Below are positions 1-9,563 of a stretch of 40,462 nt of DNA, piece by piece (the stretch's first letter is position 1; each line of letters opens with the position of its first letter). The notes beneath the pieces are model-generated. The model was not told the origin of the DNA. It saw only the letters and a program-made list of their open reading frames with translations, and made no database searches. Origin of the DNA: Candidatus Woesearchaeota archaeon (GTDB lineage Archaea > Nanobdellota > Nanobdellia > SCGC-AAA011-G17 > CAYFGV01). The translations under genes were made by a program, and so were the position numbers. The stretch covers positions 1 through 40,462 of the forward strand of contig CAYFGV010000004.1 of the NCBI GenBank assembly GCA_964342845.1. The letters run 5' to 3'.

Positions 1-20
1 TGTGCCATTGTTGGTTGCAT
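1..20 (-). CDS. 5' end of a gene running off the window (MQPTMAH...), probably proteasome alpha subunit
   Basis: ATG at 20-18 is preceded by a strong SD (GGAGGTGA, overlapping the Pop5 3' end). Pop5-psmA adjacency is a conserved archaeal gene order. Only about 6 codons are visible. Confidence 0.4.
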
Positions 21-21
21 T

Positions 22-315
22 TTAAATTTTCACCTCCGAGGTTTTTTTTATTGATCCTGTAGTTAGAATAGGGTTTAGAACTGGTTTTTTAGATAGTGCT
101 AAAGCTATCTTTATTTTATCTGTGTATTTTGGGTTTGTTTTTAAGATTAACTTATTATTTTTATTTTTTATTATCATTGTTCCTGATTCTGCTAAGCCTA
201 ATTCTCCGATGAATTCTTTTATTTTGTTTGTTACTTCTTTATTTGTTATATTTTGGGATGTTTTGAAGACAATATATCTTTTCTTTTCCCTTAAACTTGG
301 TAACAAAGGTTTCAT
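22..315 (-). CDS. RNase P protein subunit Pop5/Rpp14
   Basis: N-terminal 'LLPSLREKKRYIVF', central 'GELG.A', C-terminal 'TGSIKK' are typical of archaeal Pop5. Confidence 0.85.
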   Translation of the reverse strand: MKPLLPSLREKKRYIVFKTSQNITNKEVTNKIKEFIGELGLAESGTMIIKNKNNKLILKTNPKYTDKIKIALALSKKPVLNPILTTGSIKKTSEVKI

Positions 316-422
316 CTTTGATTTAGAGAAAACACATCTGTTTTCTTCTTCGACAAATTTATTAGGTGAAGAGGTTGTTTATAAATGTTGTGGTTGGAAA
401 TTTTTTATAATTTGGTGTGTGT

Positions 423-1631
423 TTAATTTAAAATTTCAGAATAACCTATTAGTCTCCATCTTGTTCCTAATTTTCTAGAAATAGTAACTCTATCTGCTTT
501 TTCTGCACAAACTGGAAGTTTTAAGATAACTTTGACTGTGTCTTTTTTTAGTTCTGTTACTGTTCCTACTGTGGCTGCTGAATTTACGTTTAACATTAAA
601 ATTTCATTCTTTTTTATTGGTTCTATTGTTAGTTCGTCTTTTGAACCTACCATTCTTTCTAGTAAATGGGTTTTTAGTGTTAGTTCGTTGTATGTTTTTG
701 GTATTTCTCCTTCTAAACCTAATATATTTCCTGTTAGATTGTCTGATTTAACTAAAGAAGGGTCTAGTTTTGTTAAAATTCCTGCTGAACCACCTGGCGA
801 GATTTCTTTTAAGTCTAAGTTTGCTGTGTTTAAGGAAGTGATTTCTGTTTTTAGAGGTTTGTATCCTTTTTGTGTTTTTATTCCAGGTTTTATTTCTACT
901 TTATCATTAATTTTTAAAACTCCTTGTTTCATTGCTCCACCTATGACTCCGCCTTTAAGGCTTTTTATGTTTGAGCCTGGTTTATTTATGTCAAAAGATC
1001 TTGCTATGTAGAAAATAGGTTTTTTTGTTTTATCCCTTTCTGGTGTTTTAAATTTTTCTTGAATTGTTTGGATTAGAATGTCTATGTTTATATTATGTTT
1101 TGCTGCTATTGGTATGATTGGTGCTGATTCTGCTATTGTTCCTTTTGTGAATTCTTTTATTTGTTTGTGATTTTTTAAAATATCTTCTTTTTTTAAGAGG
1201 TCAATCTTATTTTGTACGATTATTATGTTTTTTACGCCCATAATTTCTAAAGCCATTAAGTGTTCTTTTGTTTGGGGTTGCGGACAAGATTCATCTGCTG
1301 CTATTATTAATAAAGCTGCATCTGTTATTGATGTTCCTGAAAGCATTGTGGCCATTAATGTTTCGTGTCCTGGTGCATCTATGAAAGAAATTGTTCTTAG
1401 AGGGATTGATTCTTGATTACAGTGTTTTTTTTCTGTTGTATATAGATTACATTTAGAACATTTATAGAAAGTTGTGTGAGCATATCCTAATCTTATAGTA
1501 ATTCCTCTTTTTAATTCTTCTGAGTGTGTGTCTGTCCAGATTCCTGATAAAGCCTTAGTTAGAGTTGTTTTTCCGTGATCTACATGACCTACTAAAACAA
1601 TACTTAATTCAGGGATTAGTTCTTTTTTCAT
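423..1631 (-). CDS. eif2g: translation initiation factor 2 gamma subunit (aIF2-gamma)
   Basis: [44 protein letters not shown]-terminal WRLIGY. Confidence 0.97.
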   Translation of the reverse strand: MKKELIPELSIVLVGHVDHGKTTLTKALSGIWTDTHSEELKRGITIRLGYAHTTFYKCSKCNLYTTEKKHCNQESIPLRTISFIDAPGHETLMATMLSGTSITDAALLIIAADESCPQPQTKEHLMALEIMGVKNIIIVQNKIDLLKKEDILKNHKQIKEFTKGTIAESAPIIPIAAKHNINIDILIQTIQEKFKTPERDKTKKPIFYIARSFDINKPGSNIKSLKGGVIGGAMKQGVLKINDKVEIKPGIKTQKGYKPLKTEITSLNTANLDLKEISPGGSAGILTKLDPSLVKSDNLTGNILGLEGEIPKTYNELTLKTHLLERMVGSKDELTIEPIKKNEILMLNVNSAATVGTVTELKKDTVKVILKLPVCAEKADRVTISRKLGTRWRLIGYSEILN

Positions 1632-1679
1632 TAGAATTAGGTTTTTAAGAAGAGTTTATATGTGTTTTGGTAGAGTGTT

Positions 1680-2321
1680 TTATTCTTTCTTAGGTTCTTC
1701 TTTTACTTCCTTAGTTTTTTCTTCTTTTGGAATTTCTTTCTTTTCTTCAGTTTTGGGAGTCTCTTTAGCTTGAGTTTCTTTTACTTCTTCTTTAGGTTTT
1801 TCTTCTTTTTTCTCTTCTGGTTTTGGTTCCTCTTTTTTAGGTTCTTCTACAGGTTTTTCCTCTTTAGGAACTTCTTTTTTCTTTTCTTCGGTTTTAACTT
1901 CCTCTTTTTTTTCTTCAGATTTTGCTTCTTCTTTAGGAGCTTCTTCTTGAACCAATCCTAATGCTTTTTCTAAATCTATTGTTCCTTGTTTTGTGATTTT
2001 TAAGTTAATTTGAACTATTTCTTCACTAATTGTGTTTCCTCTAACTGTTTTTCTTTGTCTTATTCCTTTACCTTTTTTCTTAGCTCCTGTACCAGAAACA
2101 ACTAACGGTCTTTTCCTGCCTGTTGTATCTAAGTCAGATCTCATAGGAAAGCCTTGTTTATCTGAACCACCTGTAATTTCTAGCTCATAATTTTTTAATC
2201 CGAAAGGAGAACCATCTATTTTTTGTTTTAATTTTTTGTTTAAGAATGGAGTAATATCTTCTATTTCTTTTTTGTATGTTTTTTTTGTTTTTGGATCTCC
2301 TATATTTAATTTGATTGCCAT
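1680..2321 (-). CDS. rps6e: 30S ribosomal protein eS6 with long E/K/P-rich C-terminal tail
   Basis: [25 protein letters not shown] motifs followed by about 90 aa of low-complexity tail. Confidence 0.95.
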   Translation of the reverse strand: MAIKLNIGDPKTKKTYKKEIEDITPFLNKKLKQKIDGSPFGLKNYELEITGGSDKQGFPMRSDLDTTGRKRPLVVSGTGAKKKGKGIRQRKTVRGNTISEEIVQINLKITKQGTIDLEKALGLVQEEAPKEEAKSEEKKEEVKTEEKKKEVPKEEKPVEEPKKEEPKPEEKKEEKPKEEVKETQAKETPKTEEKKEIPKEEKTKEVKEEPKKE

Positions 2322-2414
2322 TAAGAAATTTGTGATTTTTAGGAGTTTATATAGTTTTTGGGTTAGGTTTTAGTAAAGGAAAGAGTTATAAGTGTCTGTT
2401 TATTGCTGATTTTT

Positions 2415-2705
2415 ATGAAAAATTTACTTATAGAAGGGTTTGTAGTTGAAGATGATGATGGATTTCTTAGTGAATGGTATAAAGTGAATGGCACTTTGGA
2501 TGAGAACAGTCAAAGGTTAGTTTGTTATTTTGAAAGTCCCGAAGGTATTTCTTTAGAATATAATATATATGAAATTAATGAAGACCAGGTTTCTAAAGGC
2601 TTTTTTTATAATAGAGAGAAAGTTAATTTTGTTGAGTTGGACCAAAAGCTTCCTTCTACTTTGCTAGGACGTTTAGAACGTGCTGAGTTGCTTTTTAATG
2701 ATTAA
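2415..2705 (+). CDS. hypothetical acidic protein
   Basis: Open ORF with TATA-like 'GTTATAAG' at about 2385. ATG 2415 is preferred over the TTG at 2403. Confidence 0.6.
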   Translation: MKNLLIEGFVVEDDDGFLSEWYKVNGTLDENSQRLVCYFESPEGISLEYNIYEINEDQVSKGFFYNREKVNFVELDQKLPSTLLGRLERAELLFND

Positions 2706-4405
2706 ACACCCCATAATGCATTATCTTTTCTTTTCATTTCTGCATATTCTTTTAGTAAATTAATTTCATCTGGAGTTAATAAGTTTTTGAATTTCTTTAG
2801 TTTTTTAAATTCTTCTTGTGTAATTATAGAATATAAAATATCTTTTTCTTTTACTTGTCTGCCTGCAATAATTCCTGGTAATGAAACAGCTACTTGTTTT
2901 CCTTTTTCTGCTTCTGATATGTTTTTCCCTTCTTCTTGTATTGCTTTTACTTCTGTTAATTTTTTATTGTTTTTTTCTACAGGTGTGTTTGTTCTTAATG
3001 TACCTGCTAAAACTTCTACTCCAACTATTGCTGGATTTGACTGTCTGAAAATACAATTTGGTAAAACTTGAATTTTGAAAGGTTTTGTTATTTGTTCAAG
3101 TTGTTTTTGTTCTAATTCTTTCTTTTTTTGTTCAAAGAATTTTTCTAAGTTTTCGATTAATTTGTAAATTACATTATCTGTAATAATCTTAATTTCTTTT
3201 GATGACTCTAAAGTTTTCACATTAAAACCTATAATCACTTTATTTAATTCGTCTAATTCTGAAGATGCTGTAGCAATATCTTTTTTTGTTATATCTCCTA
3301 TTGAAGCTGATTTTATTTTGATATTCTTTTCTTTTAAGAGTAATGTTAATGCTTCTAAAGAACCTAAAGTGTCTGCTTTAATAATTATCCCTTCTTTGTT
3401 TGTTTCAATTAAAACTTCTTGGATTTCTGATTTTAATTTTTGTTTTTCTTGTTCTAAATTACTTTTTACAACTTTGATTGGCATTCCTGCTGTTGCTTGT
3501 TCTATGTTTGGAGCTGAGATTTTTACTCCACATGCCGCATTAACTTGGTTTAGTTGTTTTTTATTTGGTTCAAATAATGCTTTTACTTTTGTTTGGATTG
3601 GTTCTGTTAAGGTTCCGATTAAGATTGTGTCATTTTTTTGTATTCTTCCATTGTAAACTATTACATCTAATGTTGTTCCAATACCTTTCTCTTCTGTTAC
3701 TTCTAGGATTGTTGCTTTTCCTGGTGAGTTTGTAGAAGTTTTTAATGAATCTTCTAAGTATTTTTGTGCTAAACCTGAAATAACCATTAAAAGTTCTGGA
3801 ATTCCTTCTCCTGTTTTTGCTGATACAGGGACTATTGTGATTTCTTTTGCGTGGTCTTTTATTCTATCTAGTCTTTCTGAGTTTAAGTTGTATTTTGCTA
3901 AATCTCCTACGATTTCATAGAGTTTTTGGTCTAGGTAGTTTTGAGTTGTTTCTGCTTGTTCTTTTATGTTTTGTAGTAATGGTTTGTTTGAAGGTCTCCA
4001 GCCTGAAAGAGTATCTATTTTGTTAGCTGCTATTATAAAAGGTGTTTTGTATTTTTTTAAGATTTCTATTGATTCTATTGTTTGTGGTTTTAATCCTTCG
4101 TTTATATCTATAACTAAGATTGCAATATCTGCTATATTTCCTCCTCTTTTTCTTAAGGTTGTGAAGGCTTCGTGGCCTGGAGAGTCTATAAATAAAATTC
4201 CTGGAATTGTGAAGTTTATTTTTTTATCTAATATATTTTTACATATTTTTTTTATTGTTTTTAGTTGAATTGTGTATGCTGAAATACATTGAGTTATTCC
4301 GCCTGCTTCTTTAGCTGTTACAGCAGTTCCTCTAATTTTATCTAAGATAGATGTTTTACCGTGGTCTACATGGGCTAGTAGTATGCAAATTGGCTGTCTT
4401 ATCAT
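2702..4405 (-). CDS. infB: translation initiation factor aIF5B/IF-2
   Basis: HVDHGKT, EAGGITQ, DSPGHEAF..LRKRGG, NKID, KADTLGSLEAL, FRQSNPAIVG. No intein. Confidence 0.97.
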   Translation of the reverse strand: MIRQPICILLAHVDHGKTSILDKIRGTAVTAKEAGGITQCISAYTIQLKTIKKICKNILDKKINFTIPGILFIDSPGHEAFTTLRKRGGNIADIAILVIDINEGLKPQTIESIEILKKYKTPFIIAANKIDTLSGWRPSNKPLLQNIKEQAETTQNYLDQKLYEIVGDLAKYNLNSERLDRIKDHAKEITIVPVSAKTGEGIPELLMVISGLAQKYLEDSLKTSTNSPGKATILEVTEEKGIGTTLDVIVYNGRIQKNDTILIGTLTEPIQTKVKALFEPNKKQLNQVNAACGVKISAPNIEQATAGMPIKVVKSNLEQEKQKLKSEIQEVLIETNKEGIIIKADTLGSLEALTLLLKEKNIKIKSASIGDITKKDIATASSELDELNKVIIGFNVKTLESSKEIKIITDNVIYKLIENLEKFFEQKKKELEQKQLEQITKPFKIQVLPNCIFRQSNPAIVGVEVLAGTLRTNTPVEKNNKKLTEVKAIQEEGKNISEAEKGKQVAVSLPGIIAGRQVKEKDILYSIITQEEFKKLKKFKNLLTPDEINLLKEYAEMKRKDNALWGV

Positions 4406-4430
4406 ACTAAATTAGAAGAAATGTTGGTTT

Positions 4431-5720
4431 TTAAAGGTTTTCTTCTTTATATTTGTCTGATAAAAATAATGCAAATTCTTTCAAATGAGGAAAATGTTCT
4501 GTTCCTTCTAAGAATTCATACATATTTTGTAGTCTTGAGGGTATGTAGACATTAGATCTGCATAATTTGTTATCTTTTATAAATTTGTTTCTTTCTTCTC
4601 TTTTTCTATAATCTCTGAATTTTTCTCTATGGTCCATTTTGAATAATGAATATGTTCCTGCAGTCCTTAATAAGGAATAAGCAATTCCGCTCACTGCTCC
4701 TAATAAAAGCGGATCGAAAGGAATAGTCTTATCTACTCTAGCTAGGACATCCTCTAATTCACTACATTTAAGAAAGTTATGCGCATCTTCTTCTTCTGGT
4801 TTTTCTTGACTAAATAGGTCTGTTTCTTGAAGCTCGGCATAAATCACTAAATTGATTCTGTCTTTTAGACTAATTAGGTCTGAAAAATAGAGTCCTCCTT
4901 CGTAATCTGTGATAAGGGATGCGTAATCTAATAATGGTTTGCTTAAGCATAAGTTTCCGTAGTCTGTAAAAGCCAAAGATTCAATTTCTTTCTCAGATTC
5001 TTTCCTTTTATTGTTTCCAGAGTAAGCTATATGGATATTATCGCTCTTTAAGTCTCCTAAAGATATTATTCTTCTTGAGCTATGAAATGTTGTAGCCATT
5101 GTTTTTAGTTCTTCTAATATTGCTGGATATAATTTAGAAGATATGTCTGTATGTTCCTTTGTATTGTAGCTAGATAGTTCGTTAAATACAAGATTGTCTA
5201 TAGCTGCAACATATAGCTGTAATTTATCAAGATAATGATTTTCTCTTAAAGTAAGGTTTCTGAATAATTCGTGATAGTTAGTTAAGAGGAATTGTTTAGT
5301 GATAGTAAAGTCTAATATATCTTTAAGTTCTGTTTTGATTCTTGTTTCGGAAAGACTTTCTCCTGTTTTTTTCTTTTCTTTTAGTAGTCTTAGAAATCTA
5401 TCTTTGTAATTTCCTTTGAATAATTGCATAAATAGTAGTCTCTCTTTTTGTCCTCTGAATGTACCATCCCATTCAAGACACCTTCTTGTTAAATCTAGCT
5501 CGTCTATTTCTCTGGGTTCGTTGGAATTATGTAAACTGTTGCTTTTTAAGAATTCTTTAACAAAAACTACTTTATTTTTCTCTCCCTTGTAACCTATATA
5601 ATTATTTGAATGAATGCACCTACCGTGATTAATTTGCCTTAGTTCTAATTGTGTATTAGCTAAATCGCCTACTAATTCTCTAGATGGTTCTATTATGATT
5701 TTTTTATTTTTTATTGACAT
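4431..5720 (-). CDS. kinase-like (APH/choline-kinase fold) phosphotransferase
   Basis: VFVKE (beta3 Lys), 'LGDLKSDNI' catalytic-loop-like motif, 'FTDYG' DFG-like motif, 'PLLDYASL'. Confidence 0.55.
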   Translation of the reverse strand: MSIKNKKIIIEPSRELVGDLANTQLELRQINHGRCIHSNNYIGYKGEKNKVVFVKEFLKSNSLHNSNEPREIDELDLTRRCLEWDGTFRGQKERLLFMQLFKGNYKDRFLRLLKEKKKTGESLSETRIKTELKDILDFTITKQFLLTNYHELFRNLTLRENHYLDKLQLYVAAIDNLVFNELSSYNTKEHTDISSKLYPAILEELKTMATTFHSSRRIISLGDLKSDNIHIAYSGNNKRKESEKEIESLAFTDYGNLCLSKPLLDYASLITDYEGGLYFSDLISLKDRINLVIYAELQETDLFSQEKPEEEDAHNFLKCSELEDVLARVDKTIPFDPLLLGAVSGIAYSLLRTAGTYSLFKMDHREKFRDYRKREERNKFIKDNKLCRSNVYIPSRLQNMYEFLEGTEHFPHLKEFALFLSDKYKEENL

Positions 5721-5723
5721 TTT

Positions 5724-6677
5724 TTATGTATAAACACTTCTTGCAATAGTTTTGTGGTAGGAAACAAGTGCTTTTAATTTTTCGCAAATTTTTATTACGC
5801 TTCTATTATTGCTTGTACTATTAGAAAGTTCGTTGCATTCTTTTATTAGTAGTCTGTTTTGATCAGCGACCTCGTATGCTAGCATTGTATCATTTTTATA
5901 GTGTGCTTTCATAACTTTGTTATAATGTTCTTCTACTTTTACATAAAGATCTAAGAATCTATCGACTATTTTTTTATCTATTGTTTCTTCAGTAAGATAT
6001 CTAGAAGTTCTTTTAATCTCATCAGCAATTTTTTCCATGTTGGCAACAATTCGCCAAATGATAAATAAGTCTAAATGGTTTACATTCAGAGATCTAAAAA
6101 TTTGTGGGTTCATAAATGCTTTTCTTATTACTCTAAAAGAAAGATGATAAAGTTTGTTAACTTCTTTATCTCTATCTAACAATTCATTATAATTTTTGTA
6201 ACTAAAACTAGATCTTGATTTTTCAAACATTGATTTGATGATTATGTCCATTCTTCTGATTATATCTTGTAATGAAACTTTATTTATGTCTAGAAATTCT
6301 CTTACTTTTATTGTTTCATTGGTTTGTTCTGTTATTTCTAGAGCAACTAAGCCTGTAATAATATTTTTTATTTCTTTTAGTTTTTTTTCATCAAAATCTT
6401 TTGAGTAACTTATCTGAATTACGTTGTAGCCTTTAATATATGCTGAGACTAATTTTCTAGAGACTTGTTCAACACTATCTTTTGATTTGATGTTTATTTT
6501 TATCTTTTCGACGTCGCTTTTTTCTTCTATAGATGGTGTGATAATTAAGTTTCCTTCAGAGTTTTCTTCGAAGAATACGTTATTTCCTTTTTTTAATTCG
6601 TTCTTTTTAATCCAATAACTAGGTAAAGATATTACAAATGAAGAGTTTCCAAACTTAATTAATTTCCTTTGTTCCAC
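5724..6677 (-). CDS. archaeal phosphate-uptake regulator-like protein (AbrB N-terminus plus PhoU domains)
   Basis: 'RKLIKFGNSSFVISLPSYWIK..L.KG' AbrB motif, then AY..GY, D.EVNKLY and 'MEKIADE' PhoU repeats. GTG start with a purine-rich SD. Confidence 0.85.
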   Translation of the reverse strand: MEQRKLIKFGNSSFVISLPSYWIKKNELKKGNNVFFEENSEGNLIITPSIEEKSDVEKIKINIKSKDSVEQVSRKLVSAYIKGYNVIQISYSKDFDEKKLKEIKNIITGLVALEITEQTNETIKVREFLDINKVSLQDIIRRMDIIIKSMFEKSRSSFSYKNYNELLDRDKEVNKLYHLSFRVIRKAFMNPQIFRSLNVNHLDLFIIWRIVANMEKIADEIKRTSRYLTEETIDKKIVDRFLDLYVKVEEHYNKVMKAHYKNDTMLAYEVADQNRLLIKECNELSNSTSNNRSVIKICEKLKALVSYHKTIARSVYT

Positions 6678-6770
6678 TAATCTTCCCCCTTAAATATATA
6701 TTTTATATTCCAAATATATGTTAATTATATATAAGCAGTTGTATTTAAATGTTTTGTTAAGGGGGTAAAA

Positions 6771-6899
6771 ATGCTACGAGAAGAAGAAATGTGGGAAGAG
6801 GAAGAGGAAGAGAACTGGCAAGAGGCTGTATTAAGTGATTCAATAAGACCAGAAGAAGCTGGATTCATGGCAGGATATAATGAGGAAGAGGGGGAATAA
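6771..6899 (+). CDS. small acidic protein, 42 aa (MLREEEMWEEEEEENWQEAVLSDSIRPEEAGFMAGYNEEEGE), not in the ORF track
   Basis: Translated by hand. SD 'GGGGGT' lies just upstream, and the ORF fills the phoU-ndk gap. Confidence 0.7.
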   Translation: MLREEEMWEEEEEENWQEAVLSDSIRPEEAGFMAGYNEEEGE

Positions 6900-7391
6900 T
6901 TAGAATATATGTTCTTCTTGGCTTGTTTGATAGTTATAAATGTCTTGTTTTTTAAACCAAATAGAAATTTCTTGTTGTGCTTCTTTTTTGTTAGATGAGG
7001 CGTGAATTAGGTTTTGTACGACTTTTTTATTTTTATCTGCTAATTTAAAAGATATGTGGGCGTAATCCCCTCTTATTGTTCCTGGTGTAGCTGATTTAGG
7101 CTCTGTTTCGCCTACAATTTTTCTTGTTACTTCTACTGCTTCAGAGCCTTGTATAACTATTGCTATTACTGGGTTTGAAGTTATGAATTCAAGTAAATTT
7201 TCTCTTACTATTTTTCCTCTTCTTTTTTCTATATCTTCAGTATAATGTTTTTCTGCTAATTCTTTTGCGGGATGTATCATTTTCATAGCTACTATTTTTA
7301 AACCACGTTGTTCAAACCTTTTTATTATTTCTCCGATTAGTCCTCTTTTTACTCCATCTGGTTTTATAAGAACTAGTGTTTGCTCAATCAT
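6900..7391 (-). CDS. ndk: nucleoside diphosphate kinase
   Basis: TLVLIKPDGV.RGLIGEII.RFE, PGTIRGD, N.IHAS (catalytic His). Confidence 0.96.
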   Translation of the reverse strand: MIEQTLVLIKPDGVKRGLIGEIIKRFEQRGLKIVAMKMIHPAKELAEKHYTEDIEKRRGKIVRENLLEFITSNPVIAIVIQGSEAVEVTRKIVGETEPKSATPGTIRGDYAHISFKLADKNKKVVQNLIHASSNKKEAQQEISIWFKKQDIYNYQTSQEEHIF

Positions 7392-7558
7392 TTTTTATAG
7401 TGTGTTGTCCATTTAAGTTTTCTTGCTTTTCTTTTTAGGTTTAGCATGTTTTTTTCACACTTTTTTGCGTGTAGATTTAATGTTTTGCCGTCTTTTTTAA
7501 TTATTTGTTTGCCTGTTCCTTTTTCTATTTCTTTTCCGCAAAATGAGCAAGTTGTCAT
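7388..7558 (-). CDS. rpl24e: 50S ribosomal protein eL24, 56 aa, not in the ORF track
   Basis: Hand translation MTTCSFCGKEIEKGTGKQIIKKDGKTLNLHAKKCEKNMLNLKRKARKLKWTTHYKK. ATGA overlaps with both rps28e and ndk. Confidence 0.92.
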   Translation of the reverse strand: MTTCSFCGKEIEKGTGKQIIKKDGKTLNLHAKKCEKNMLNLKRKARKLKWTTHYKK

Positions 7559-7812
7559 TTTTTAGTTTGTCCTGATAATTTTCTTGCTTCTATTTCTGTT
7601 TCTCTAAGCATTAGAATGTCTCCAATCTTTATTGTTCCTTTTACGTTTCTTCTTAAAACTTTGTTTTGGTCTCTACCTTCAAGAACCTTACATCTAACTT
7701 GAATTGCTTCTCCTCTTGTGCCTGTTCTTCCTACTATATCTTCTATTCTTGCTTGTACTGCTCTTGTGAAAAGAGAAGATGGTTCTTGTTTCTTTTTTGG
7801 TTGTGGTTTCAT
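7555..7812 (-). CDS. rps28e: 30S ribosomal protein eS28
   Basis: GRTGTRGEAIQVRC, RNVKG, GDILMLRETEIEAR. Confidence 0.95.
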   Translation of the reverse strand: MKPQPKKKQEPSSLFTRAVQARIEDIVGRTGTRGEAIQVRCKVLEGRDQNKVLRRNVKGTIKIGDILMLRETEIEARKLSGQTKK

Positions 7813-8132
7813 TTTATTTGTTTGATTAGATCTCTTGCATCACCTTCTTTTGTGATTGCTACAGCTGCAGTTGATACTCTAAGACCTGCTGCTGTTCCTA
7901 ATTCTTCTTTAGAAGGTACCTCTGCGTAAGGGATTTCTTTTTCTTTACATAAAGGTTTTAAATGTAGAATTACTTCTTTAGGTGATGTGTCTTGAGCAAC
8001 TACAACTAATTTTGCAAGGCTTTTTTCTACTATCTTTGTAACTTCATTTGCACCTTTTTTGATTTTACCTGTTTTTTTTGCTATTTCAATAGCTTCATAA
8101 GTTTTATCTGGGTTTGAAACTTCAGCTTCCAT
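7809..8132 (-). CDS. rpl7ae: 50S ribosomal protein L7Ae (eL8)
   Basis: KKGANEVTK, LVVVAQD..P, PSKEELGTAAG. Confidence 0.95.
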   Translation of the reverse strand: MEAEVSNPDKTYEAIEIAKKTGKIKKGANEVTKIVEKSLAKLVVVAQDTSPKEVILHLKPLCKEKEIPYAEVPSKEELGTAAGLRVSTAAVAITKEGDARDLIKQIK

Positions 8133-8245
8133 TTTAACTTTCCTCCTAACTGTTTTTTTGAGAATTTTAGGGGTTTATATAGTTTTTGGGTTGGGTAGAA
8201 TTCTTTTGGAAAGACTTATAATCTTGTTTGTAATTCTTATTAATA

Positions 8246-8521
8246 ATGTCAGAAGGATTAAATTTGATAATGGACGAGTTGTATGAAATTAAGGAAAGAC
8301 TTAATTCTGCTTTTTCTAACGGAGATAACTCTTCTGCAAGGGCACATTTACACTGTTTTTACTGTAAAGAATTTGAACTTTATATTGGATTAGTTGAAAT
8401 GGCTAGAAAAACTGAAGGATCTTGCTCAGATCTTGACTATGCATTGGGTTGTGTGAGGTTGGATTTGAGAAAGCTTATGATAAATTCTTTAAATTACGAA
8501 GATCATATTAATTTTGATTAA
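8246..8521 (+). CDS. hypothetical helical protein
   Basis: ORF with promoter 'GAAAGACTTATAA' at about 8209-8221. Confidence 0.6.
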   Translation: MSEGLNLIMDELYEIKERLNSAFSNGDNSSARAHLHCFYCKEFELYIGLVEMARKTEGSCSDLDYALGCVRLDLRKLMINSLNYEDHINFD

Positions 8522-9534
8522 ATAAATCCCTCTATTTCTTTTATAGCTTTATCTAAGTTGTCTGAGTTTATTGTTAAATTGTATTTATGTGGTTGTTTGT
8601 TGTGAATGTATCTTTTATCGTAATATTCTAATAATATGAATTCAATGAATTTGTTGTATTCTTTATTGTTTATTTGTGTTTTTAGTTCATATATTTTCTT
8701 TTTTCCAAAGAATTTAGTTAGTTTGTCTGTTATCTCTGAAATTTTTTTTATTGAGCTTTCATCTTTAAAGTATTCTTTTTTTATTGTATTTATTCTTGTT
8801 TTTATTGAAGCCTGAACTCTTATTTTTAGGTCTGAGTTTATTTTTTTGTTTATTATTTCTGGGAGGAATATTGTTCCAATTTTTTTGGATTCTCCTTCTA
8901 TTATGACGTATTTTTCATTTTTTAGTTTGTTTAATTCATTATATAATAATGTAGAGAACATTTTTTGAGTTCTTGGGATTAAGTTAATTGAACCGAATAA
9001 AGAGGATCTATGTTGAGCTAGGCCTTCTAAGTCTATTTTTGGTAGGTTTATTCTAGTTATTATTTCTGTTTTTCTTGTTCCTGTATTTCCAAATAAAGTT
9101 ATAAATTTAGGTTTGTATGGTTTTTCTAATTGTTTCCAAACGTAATTCATGTAGTTTTTATGTCCTAATTCTAGTTGGAAGGCTTTTATGTTGTTTTGGT
9201 TTAGTAGGTTTGTTATTACTTTGCTTCTTAGGCCACCTCTCCAACAGTAAACTATAATTGTTTTATTTTTTGGAATTTTTTTGAGGTAGTTGTTAATTTT
9301 TGGTTGGAATAGTTGCATTGCTTTATCTATTGCTTGTGTTTTTGAAACTTGCTTGTAGATTGTTCCTACTAATGCTCTATCTTCGTTGTTTAATATTGGA
9401 AGGTTAATTGAATCTGGAATGTGTGCTTGTTGAAATTCTTTTTGAGATCTTGCGTCTAAGAAGAGAGTGTTTTTTAATTTTAGAGCTTTTTCTAAGGTGA
9501 TTGTTGGAGTTTGATTTTTTAAGAGGTTTTCCAT
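8518..9534 (-). CDS. mnmH: tRNA 2-selenouridine synthase (rhodanese plus P-loop, fused)
   Basis: DARS..EF...HIP, YCWRGGLRS, GNTGTRKT, IDLEGLAQHRSSLFG, EGESKKIG, YYD. Confidence 0.9.
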   Translation of the reverse strand: MENLLKNQTPTITLEKALKLKNTLFLDARSQKEFQQAHIPDSINLPILNNEDRALVGTIYKQVSKTQAIDKAMQLFQPKINNYLKKIPKNKTIIVYCWRGGLRSKVITNLLNQNNIKAFQLELGHKNYMNYVWKQLEKPYKPKFITLFGNTGTRKTEIITRINLPKIDLEGLAQHRSSLFGSINLIPRTQKMFSTLLYNELNKLKNEKYVIIEGESKKIGTIFLPEIINKKINSDLKIRVQASIKTRINTIKKEYFKDESSIKKISEITDKLTKFFGKKKIYELKTQINNKEYNKFIEFILLEYYDKRYIHNKQPHKYNLTINSDNLDKAIKEIEGFI

Positions 9535-9563
9535 AGAATTTGAAGTATATTGGGGTTTAAAAA

